Assembly: GCA_043826455.1 (NCBI GenBank) | Contig: JBDRQD010000046.1 | Coordinates: forward strand, 1-64,000 | DNA length: 64,000 nt | Source: Candidatus Bathyarchaeota archaeon | GTDB lineage: Archaea; Thermoproteota; Bathyarchaeia; TCS64 | Reading direction: 5' to 3' | Shown: in pieces, positions 56,563 through 64,000 of the stretch | Layout of the letters: each line of letters starts with the position of its first letter | Position numbering within the stretch: position 1 is the first letter of the stretch | Program-made: the position numbers and the translations under genes | The notes under the pieces: generated by a model | Seen by the model: the letters and a program-made list of their open reading frames with translations, nothing else | The model's database searches: none | Told to the model about the DNA's origin: nothing

Positions 56563-57774
56563 TTGCCCAAGATAGTCGGACTCGTCGGAAAAGCCAACGT
56601 CGGTAAGAGCACCTTCTTCGCGGCAGCCACCCTCAAACACGTAGAGATCGCGGCCTTCCCCTTCACCACCATCAAGGCCGATAGGGGGGTCGGCTACATC
56701 AGGGCCCCCTGCGTCTGCAAGGAGCTGGAGGTCACGGACAACCCCCAGAACAGCGCCTGCGTGGACGGCGTCCGCCTCATCCCCGTGGACCTCATAGACA
56801 CCCCCGGCCTCATCCCCGGCGCCCACATGGGCAAGGGCCTGGGCAACCAGTTCTTGGACGACGTGCGCCGCGCCGACGCCCTCATAGTTGTGGCCGACGC
56901 CTCGGGCGCCACGGACATCAACGGTCAGCCCACTGACCCGCTGAGCCACGACCCCGTGGAGGACGTCCAGATGTTCGAGGAGGAGTTCGACCTGTGGCTC
57001 AAGGCCCTTCTGGCCAAGGACTGGGACAGCATCGTCCGCACGGCCCAGGCCAAGAAGGAGAACGTGGACAGGCACCTGGAGGACAAGCTCACGGGCCTAG
57101 GCATCAACCGGGTTCAGATAGCTCAGGCGCTGCAGGAGGCCGGCCTGGACGGCTTCAAGAGCGGCCAGTGGACGGATGAAGATTTCATGGGGTTCGCCAC
57201 CACCCTCAGGAAGGTGAGCAAGCCCCTGATAGTGGCGGCCAACAAGGCGGACAGGGACGGCGCCGAGGAGAACGTGAAGAGGATCAGGGACGCAGGGTAC
57301 AGGGTGGTAGCCATCTGCGCGGAAGCCGAGCTTGCGCTGAGGCGGGCGGCGGACGCCGGCCTCGTGGAGTACACGCCGGGAGATGGTGACTTCAAGATCA
57401 AGAGCCCGGAGAAGCTTTCGGAGGGCCAGAGGCGGGCCCTGGAGAGGATCAGGGAGAAGGTTTTCAGTAAGTACGGGTCCACGGGGCTACAGCAGGCCAT
57501 CAACGAGGCGTTCTTCAGCCTCCTGGACATGATAACAGTGTACCCCGTGGAGAACGCTGAGAAGCTCACCAACCACCACGGCCACGTGCTCCCTGACTGC
57601 TACCTGGTCCCCAGGGGCACCACGGCCAAACAGTTCGCAGCCCTCATACACACGGAGCTGGCGGAGGGCTTCATATACGCCTTGGACGCCCGCACCAAGA
57701 AGCGGCTGGGCGACACCTATATCCTAGAGGACCGCGATGTTATTCAGATCGTCTCGGCCAGGGGCCGAAGATAG
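56563..57774 (+). CDS. ychF: YchF/Obg-family translation-associated NTPase
   Basis: GKANVGKST, FPFTTI, DTPGL, NKAD, TGS domain. Confidence 0.93.
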   Translation: MPKIVGLVGKANVGKSTFFAAATLKHVEIAAFPFTTIKADRGVGYIRAPCVCKELEVTDNPQNSACVDGVRLIPVDLIDTPGLIPGAHMGKGLGNQFLDDVRRADALIVVADASGATDINGQPTDPLSHDPVEDVQMFEEEFDLWLKALLAKDWDSIVRTAQAKKENVDRHLEDKLTGLGINRVQIAQALQEAGLDGFKSGQWTDEDFMGFATTLRKVSKPLIVAANKADRDGAEENVKRIRDAGYRVVAICAEAELALRRAADAGLVEYTPGDGDFKIKSPEKLSEGQRRALERIREKVFSKYGSTGLQQAINEAFFSLLDMITVYPVENAEKLTNHHGHVLPDCYLVPRGTTAKQFAALIHTELAEGFIYALDARTKKRLGDTYILEDRDVIQIVSARGRR

Positions 57775-57780
57775 GTGAAC

Positions 57781-58701
57781 ATGATGGTTAAGGTGCTGGT
57801 GGCGGACTCCATCCACGAGGACGGGGTCAAGATGATGAGGGACGCGGGCCTGGAGCTGGACCTCCAGACCGAGATCACGGCGGATGCCCTCAAGAAGGTG
57901 ATAGGCGGCTACGACGCCATAGTGGTCCGAAGTCGGACGAAGCTCACCAAGGAGGTCCTGGAGAAATCCGGGAAGCTGAAGGTGATCGCCAGGGCGGGCG
58001 TCGGCCTGGACAACGTGGACGTGGCCTACGCTAAGGAGAAAGGTATCGAGGTCTATAACAGCCCGGAGGCGCCCAGCAACGCGGTCGCGGAGCTGGTGCT
58101 GGGTTATATGCTGGACCTGGCCAGAAACATCAGCCGCGGCGACCACGGCCTCAAGCAGGGCAAGTGGCTCAAGAAGGACCTGGGCGGCTTCGAGCTCCAA
58201 GGTAAGACTCTGGGCATCATAGGGTTCGGCCGCATCGGGTACCTGCTGGGCAAGAAGGCCAAGGCCCTGGGCATGGAGGTCCTGGCCTACGACGTGATCA
58301 TGGACAAGCTCAGACACTTCGTCGTGGAGATAGGGGCCAGGGACGTGCCCCTGGACACCCTGCTGGCTGAGAGCGACTTCGTCACAGTCCACGTGCCCCT
58401 TCTACCCCAGACCAGGCACATGATCAGCGCAGCCCAGTTCAACAAGATGAAGAAGGGCTCCTACATCATCAACGCGGCCAGGGGCGGCGTCGTGGACGAG
58501 GCGGCCTTGAAGGCGGCTCTTGACGCGGGGCGGCTGGCGGGGGCCGCCCTGGATGTCTTCGAGCAGGAGCCGGACCCGGACCCTGACCTGGTGACCAGAC
58601 ACAACGTGGTGTGCACGCCCCACATAGGGGCGGAGAGCGAGGAGGCCCAGGTAGGCAACAGCACCATCGTGGCCGAGAAGCTCATCAAGTTCTTCAAGTA
58701 G
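57781..58701 (+). CDS. serA: D-3-phosphoglycerate / D-2-hydroxyacid dehydrogenase
   Basis: RAGVGLDNVD, GFGRIG, INAARG, TPHIGA; no ACT domain. Confidence 0.85.
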   Translation: MMVKVLVADSIHEDGVKMMRDAGLELDLQTEITADALKKVIGGYDAIVVRSRTKLTKEVLEKSGKLKVIARAGVGLDNVDVAYAKEKGIEVYNSPEAPSNAVAELVLGYMLDLARNISRGDHGLKQGKWLKKDLGGFELQGKTLGIIGFGRIGYLLGKKAKALGMEVLAYDVIMDKLRHFVVEIGARDVPLDTLLAESDFVTVHVPLLPQTRHMISAAQFNKMKKGSYIINAARGGVVDEAALKAALDAGRLAGAALDVFEQEPDPDPDLVTRHNVVCTPHIGAESEEAQVGNSTIVAEKLIKFFK

Positions 58702-58769
58702 CCCCCTTTTCTTCAACCACCCGAAATCGTATCATTCATTAACCTGTCCACCAGCCCTATGGATAACTG

Positions 58770-60047
58770 ATGATAACCATACTAGGTGCAGGCCTGGCGG
58801 GCCTCAGCGCCGCCTACCACCTGGGAGACGGCTACAGGGTCCTGGAGCGTGAGGCTGAGCCGGGCGGCCTGTGCAGAAGCTTCGAGGAGAAGGGCTACGT
58901 CTTCGACATCGCCCCCCACATACTGTTCTCGAGGGATGAGTACGCCCGCGGCCTCTTCGCCAGGCTGCTGGAGGGCAACCTGCTGACCCATGACCGCCGA
59001 GCCTACATCTACATGATGGGCACCTACGTCAAGTACCCCTTTGAAGTTAACCTGTACCCCCTTCCCCGGGAAGTCATAGAGGAGTGCATCCAGGGGGTGG
59101 TGGACAGGCCCGCCCTGAAGCCGGGTAACTTCAGGGAGTGGATTCTCGCCTCCTTCGGGGAGGGGATTGCCAGGCACTACATGGTGCCCTACAACGATAA
59201 AACATGGAAGTACCCCCTGGAGAAGATGAACACTGAGTGGCTAGGGGGCCGCGTCCCAAGCCCCAGCGTCGAGGAGATGAGGAGGGGCGCCAAGGGCGAG
59301 CAGGAAGTAGACTACGGCCCCAACGCCCAGTTCTGGTACCCCATGGTGGGCGGGATCGGCTCACTGCCCAATAGGCTGGCTGAGGGGCTGAACGTGTCCT
59401 ACGGGTCCGACGCCGTTGCGGTGAGGCCCACCGAGAAGGGTGTGAAGGTCACCTACAGGAAAGGTGGAGCCGCCAAGACGGTGGAGTCGGAGTACGTGAT
59501 GTCGTCGCTTCCTCTACCAGAGCTCGTGAAGATGTTGCCCGAGGTCCCCGAGGACGTGGTGAAGGCCACGGACAGGCTGGTCCACAACAGCATCGTCTGC
59601 GTCAATGTGGGGGTCAAGAGGCCCAGCATCACAGACAAGCACTGGCTCTACTTCCCGGAGGCCCACCTGCCCTTCAACAGGATCAGCTTCCCCATGAACT
59701 TCAGCCCGGGGACCACCCCGCCTGGCCGCAGCAGCGTCCTGGTGGAGGTGACGTACAGGAGCAGGCAGCCGGACCTAGAGGAGACAAAGGAGGGGGTGCT
59801 GCAGGGCCTGGTGGACGCGGAGCTCATGTTGGAGGGCGACGAGGTGGAGGTCTGCCAGGCGTCCAGCTACAGGTACGCCTACGTCATCTACGACCTGGAC
59901 CACAGGAGGAACGTCGAGGCCGTACACAGGTACCTCAGGGAGAACAGGGTCATACCCATAGGCAGGTTCGGGGAGTGGGAGTACTACAACATGGATAAGG
60001 CCATCCTCTCGGGTAAGAGAGCGGCTGAGGCCCTGAAGGGGAGCTAG
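58770..60047 (+). CDS. FAD-dependent oxidoreductase (UDP-galactopyranose mutase/HemY-like)
   Basis: GAGLAGL, GGLCRS, GRFGEWEYYNMD. Confidence 0.85.
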   Translation: MITILGAGLAGLSAAYHLGDGYRVLEREAEPGGLCRSFEEKGYVFDIAPHILFSRDEYARGLFARLLEGNLLTHDRRAYIYMMGTYVKYPFEVNLYPLPREVIEECIQGVVDRPALKPGNFREWILASFGEGIARHYMVPYNDKTWKYPLEKMNTEWLGGRVPSPSVEEMRRGAKGEQEVDYGPNAQFWYPMVGGIGSLPNRLAEGLNVSYGSDAVAVRPTEKGVKVTYRKGGAAKTVESEYVMSSLPLPELVKMLPEVPEDVVKATDRLVHNSIVCVNVGVKRPSITDKHWLYFPEAHLPFNRISFPMNFSPGTTPPGRSSVLVEVTYRSRQPDLEETKEGVLQGLVDAELMLEGDEVEVCQASSYRYAYVIYDLDHRRNVEAVHRYLRENRVIPIGRFGEWEYYNMDKAILSGKRAAEALKGS

Positions 60048-60048
60048 C

Positions 60049-60777
60049 ATGATCTCCGTGGTGGTGCCCACCTACAACGAGGAGAAGAACATAGAGGGCT
60101 GCCTAAGGTCACTGGTAGATCAGACGGTGCCCCGTGAAGAGATCGACATCATCGTGGTGGACGGGGACAGCACGGATCGGACCAGAGAGATCGCCGAGGG
60201 CATAGCCGACAACTTCATCATCCAAACCAGTGAGGGAGTGGGCGGAGCCAGGAACGACGGCTTCGCCATAGCTCGCGGCGAGATAGTGGCCACCACGGAC
60301 GCTGACTGCCACCCCTTCCCGGACTGGCTAGAGATCATCCAGCGCAACTTCATGGATCCGAAGGTTGTGGCCGTCACCGGGGTCCTGGTGCCCTTCGACT
60401 TCGGCGGCATGGGCAGAGTGGAGGAGTTCGCGTACCGGCTCCTCTTTGACCTGTCTAACGTCGCACTGGTGGTGATGAGCTGGTTCGGTAAGATGCACCT
60501 GTGCGGGGCCAACTCGGCCTTCAGGAAGGACGCGTTCCTGGAGGCTGGGGGCTACCTGCCCCTGGCCTACGCAGATGACGTGGAGATATACAAGAGGGTC
60601 AAGGAGAAGGGTACTGTGAGGCTGGACACCGGGATGAGGATAAACTATAGTGTCCGCCGCATCAGGAAGGTGGGGCTCCTAAGGTACATTCTGCTGTTGT
60701 TCAGGATGGAGTGGGATGTCATGGTGATGGGTAGGAAGCCTGTGAAGGGTGGGTACGCTAGGCAGACCTATGAGTGA
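60049..60777 (+). CDS. Glycosyltransferase family 2
   Basis: SVVVPTYNEE, VDGDSTD, TDAD. Confidence 0.92.
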   Translation: MISVVVPTYNEEKNIEGCLRSLVDQTVPREEIDIIVVDGDSTDRTREIAEGIADNFIIQTSEGVGGARNDGFAIARGEIVATTDADCHPFPDWLEIIQRNFMDPKVVAVTGVLVPFDFGGMGRVEEFAYRLLFDLSNVALVVMSWFGKMHLCGANSAFRKDAFLEAGGYLPLAYADDVEIYKRVKEKGTVRLDTGMRINYSVRRIRKVGLLRYILLLFRMEWDVMVMGRKPVKGGYARQTYE

Positions 60778-60819
60778 GGTGGGGTTTTTGTTGGGGGGAT
60801 CGTTGGGTCTTTGTGTTTT

Positions 60820-61210
60820 CGTTGTGTGCGCGTGGGGGGAGGGGGGGTCCCATCACCGCCACCGCGATTCCCCGTTTTCCGGCTTTTTTTCTGGTTCAGA
60901 GGCTTTTTTAGGGTTCTTTGGCGGTGGCGGTGGTTTGTGGTGTCCGTCGTGTCTGTGGTCGCGTGGGTTGTGTCGTTGTGGGGGGTGGTCGGTGTTCCTG
61001 TGTGGATCAGGGTCGTGTTAGACTGGTTTCTGGGGTCTTTTCGGTCTGGTGTGGACGTTTCTGGTTTCTCTGCCATCTCCCTTTCTGGGGGCTGGTGCCA
61101 GTGTGGTGGGTGATGAGTTGCATGCAAGGCTTATGCTCTCCAGGAGGGTGTAAGGTGGAAAAATATTCCATCTCCTGCCTCATGATTTTACTTCAGTGAG
61201 ATGTTTCCCC
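60820..61210 (-). repeat. Dispersed element copy E6 (core B 61151-61173; perfect arms 60854-60865 and 60921-60932)
   Basis: Carries both the B core and the inverted-repeat module, linking the two repeat sets. Confidence 0.88.
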
Positions 61211-61282
61211 GTTTAACTGGTTTGTTACATGGAACAATGTAGCTAACATCCCATTTTCTGAATTCTTCATAGGTGAACTGGT

Positions 61283-62197
61283 CTACTCTCTGTTTCTCAG
61301 CTTCACCGCGTCGTAGACCCCCGCCAACAGAAACTGAACACCCACACCCAGGAACAGCCCCGAGTCGAACACCAGCCTATCATACCTCTCCCTCAGCCCC
61401 GGCAACTCAAAGACGACCCTGAAAGACTGTAGCAGAGGATACCCGTGAGGACTACCGAACCTGACGCTGCCCTCCAAGATGAGAGACCTGTGACCCGCCG
61501 CCCACTCGCGCCAGTAGATCGACTCGCCCACCGGCTGAGGAATTGACTCCACGACCCTGCTTTCAACGGGCAGGTCCACCCTCAGGCTGACCAGCGGCTC
61601 ACCGCTCAGCCAGCAGGCGTCAGGCCTCACATCCAGCGCCGCCTCCGAGTCGCTGTTGCTGAAGGGCACGGCCAGCTCGTAGCTCGTGTACCCGACCCTG
61701 GAGACCGCACCGAACCACCGGAAGCTCACCATGACCGTGAACATCGGGTACTTCGACTCCGGCTTGAACTCATAGTACATGACCGAGACGTCCTCTTCGG
61801 GCACCCACTCTATGACCGCGTCCCCCGTGTAGTATATCTCCCGGGACTTCTCGTCGTCGAGCCCCATCACCTTGAAGAAGGCACCCTCGACCCTGTGGGG
61901 CACCTGCAGGCCGAACATGATCTCCCCCTCGCCCTGTACAGCGACCTCCCCCGCCAGCATGCAGTCCACGTACCCCTCCTCCAGCGAGATCGACGTCACC
62001 TCGAAGGTCATCTCATCGGCCTCAAAGTCCCGCGACGCGAAGGGCAGAACACCGTAGTAGGGGAGGATGACCGCCTGGTGCCCCTGCGAGACCTCCATGG
62101 AATACATCACCCCGAGGGCCGTGAACACGATCCCCACCACAAGCGGGAAATACACTATAGCGGCCCGCAGCCTCTGACGGTAAAGGCGCTCAAACAT
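61283..62197 (-). CDS. Hypothetical membrane protein (N- and C-terminal TM helices, beta-rich middle)
   Basis: 304-aa ORF with terminal hydrophobic helices. Confidence 0.7.
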   Translation of the reverse strand: MFERLYRQRLRAAIVYFPLVVGIVFTALGVMYSMEVSQGHQAVILPYYGVLPFASRDFEADEMTFEVTSISLEEGYVDCMLAGEVAVQGEGEIMFGLQVPHRVEGAFFKVMGLDDEKSREIYYTGDAVIEWVPEEDVSVMYYEFKPESKYPMFTVMVSFRWFGAVSRVGYTSYELAVPFSNSDSEAALDVRPDACWLSGEPLVSLRVDLPVESRVVESIPQPVGESIYWREWAAGHRSLILEGSVRFGSPHGYPLLQSFRVVFELPGLRERYDRLVFDSGLFLGVGVQFLLAGVYDAVKLRNRE

Positions 62198-62450
62198 GAA
62201 TAATCATCGCGAGCCACGACATATATAGCGTTAATCAGCAGGCAACACTGAAAAGACGACGCAAAGAACCATTACAATTGTTATCCTTTTAATAATTTCA
62301 ACGTAGAACATAGATGTGATAAACCATGAAGCGTGCGCGCTCCGTTTCTATAACAATTAATTATTATAAGACGAGAAAGTGCACTGAAATCTTCCACCTT
62401 TTACATGGAACACGTTCAAATGAAACCTGGTCGATTGTAGGGTTTCTGGG

Positions 62451-62909
62451 CTAGTTCTTTCTGCCTGCGACCCAGCCCACGTCCTTGTCGGACTTTATGG
62501 CCGGGTGGCTTGGGTCCACCATGATTACCTCGAACCACTTGTAGCGGCCGTCCTGCCACACCCAGTAGCTGTTAAGCACCTCCATGTTGGGGTACTTCCG
62601 GGCCGCCCTCTCCTCGGCTATGAGCCTCCTGCTCTTGGCCGGCGTGTACTTGGTTACGCCCATCCGTTTCTGCCTGCGCCCCAGCACCGGCCTCAGCTTC
62701 TTGCGGCCGCCCCTGGGCACCCGTGACCTGACCACAACGAAGCCCTTCTTAGCCTTGTAGCCCAGGCTGTGGGCCCTGTCGAGCCTCGTGGGCGTGTCCA
62801 GTCTGACCACTGAGGGCTGCTTGCGCCAGGTTATGGCCCTCTCCCGCATGATGTCTTGAACGTAGCTGTCCTTGGGGCTCTTCCAAGCGTCTCTGAGGTA
62901 CTTGTACAT
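62451..62909 (-). CDS. rpl15e: 50S ribosomal protein L15e (short C-terminus)
   Basis: [31 protein letters not shown]. Confidence 0.96.
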   Translation of the reverse strand: MYKYLRDAWKSPKDSYVQDIMRERAITWRKQPSVVRLDTPTRLDRAHSLGYKAKKGFVVVRSRVPRGGRKKLRPVLGRRQKRMGVTKYTPAKSRRLIAEERAARKYPNMEVLNSYWVWQDGRYKWFEVIMVDPSHPAIKSDKDVGWVAGRKN

Positions 62910-62981
62910 GGCTGTTTTCCTCGTTGGGCTATCAAAGTAGACTGGTTCAAACTAATAAAGATAATGGGAACCCCGCACCGC

Positions 62982-64000
62982 CTAGAATATGGAGAAGAGG
63001 AGGAAGAGGGGCAGGAAGACGTGGGCCACCAGCCCGATGACCGTGATGAGCGTGTTCAGGCTGGGCCCCGCCGTGTCCTTGAAGGGGTCACCCACGGTAT
63101 CGCCTATGACAGCGGCGTGGTGGGCGTCGCTGCCCTTGCCTCCCAGATGGCCCTCCTCTATGTACTTCTTGGCGTTGTCCCAGAGGCCGCCCGCGTTGCT
63201 CATGAGGAGCGCTAACAGGAGGCCGCTGAAGATGCAGCCCGCAAGGTACCCGCCCAATGCCTCCACGCCGAAGATGAAGCCCACGGCCAGGGTCACGACG
63301 ATGGCCGTGACGCTGGCGGGCAGCAGCTCCTTGATGGCGCCCACTGTGGCTATGTCCACGCACTTGGCGTAGTCGGGCACGACGCCCTCCTTACCCTCCC
63401 GGAGGCCCGGTATCTCGCGGAACTGGCGCTGGATCTCCTCGATCATCCTAGACGCGTTCCTGCCGACCCCCAGCATGAGCTGGCTGCTGAAAACAGCTGG
63501 CATGGCGACGCCGATAAGGGCGCCCACCATGACCAGGGGGTTCATGAGGTCGAAGGAGACCGCGGCGCCCAGCTCGGCCTCGGCCACCGCCTTGAAGGCG
63601 GCTAGGATGCTGATGACCGTCAGCCCGGCCGCGCCAATGGCGAAGCCCTTGGTGATGGCCTTGCTGGTGTTGCCGGCCGCGTCCATGGCGTCCAGTATCT
63701 CGATTGTCTTGTGGTCCAGGCCACCCTGCTCGGCGATGCCCTTGGCGTTGTCACCGATGGGGCCGAAGCTGTCGGTAGCCACCACCATGCCCACGATGCT
63801 GAGCATACCGAAGGCGGCGATGCCGATGCCGTAGACGCCGTAACCGGGGCCTATGGCCTCGGTCACCGTGTGGGCTATCCACGCGGCCAGGCCGATCCCC
63901 ACCAGGGGCGGGAACACGCTGAGGAGCCCGTAGCTGAAGCCCGTGATGATGTTGATGGCGGCGCCCGTGACGCTGCTCTCGGCAGTGTTCTTGGCTGGGG
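62982..64000 (-). CDS. hppA: Membrane-bound H+-translocating pyrophosphatase, 3' part (5' end beyond window); likely K+-independent
   Basis: [21 protein letters not shown] (Lys at the K+-dependence position), [20 protein letters not shown]. Confidence 0.95.
   Translation of the reverse strand, partial: PAKNTAESSVTGAAINIITGFSYGLLSVFPPLVGIGLAAWIAHTVTEAIGPGYGVYGIGIAAFGMLSIVGMVVATDSFGPIGDNAKGIAEQGGLDHKTIEILDAMDAAGNTSKAITKGFAIGAAGLTVISILAAFKAVAEAELGAAVSFDLMNPLVMVGALIGVAMPAVFSSQLMLGVGRNASRMIEEIQRQFREIPGLREGKEGVVPDYAKCVDIATVGAIKELLPASVTAIVVTLAVGFIFGVEALGGYLAGCIFSGLLLALLMSNAGGLWDNAKKYIEEGHLGGKGSDAHHAAVIGDTVGDPFKDTAGPSLNTLITVIGLVAHVFLPLFLLFSIF

Noticed and set aside
62451..62909. L15e as a truncated pseudogene
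   Set aside because: Core motifs are intact with a clean stop, and short C-termini occur in some TACK lineages.

Overview
GC-rich archaeal chromosome segment, most consistent with Bathyarchaeia (TACK-type gene order and an integrase family typical of that group; the taxonomy is inferred). Core content: cbf5, redoxin plus class III RNR, a ribosomal/secretion cluster (S19e-PDCD5-L39e-L31e-LX-pfdA-ftsY-secE-spt5-L11-L1-P0), L12-alaS-leuS, kae1-bud32-ITPase, S15-DHH-pcc1-S3ae, glmM-glmU, ychF, serA-like, L15e and a partial H+-PPase. I found no rRNA, intact tRNA or CRISPR array. The most striking signal is non-coding. A modular dispersed element occurs in about six full or partial copies. Three carry a 12-bp inverted repeat with an invariant 55-nt spacer, and these sit at the peaks of a saw-tooth C/A versus G/T strand skew that ignores gene orientation; accessory genes lie at the skew switches. 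Other highlights: an ArsR/Acr3 island with a lipoyl-carrier (GcvH-like) protein, two DGC proteins and a one-Cys OsmC; a compositionally foreign short bacterial-type AlaRS at the usual alaS locus; a CBS-Schlafen(AlbA_2) fusion; a CARF-like-wHTH regulator divergent from nrdD; aIF6 missing from its conserved operon; and glmM lacking a canonical start codon. All calls come from reading the sequence by eye, without database searches.
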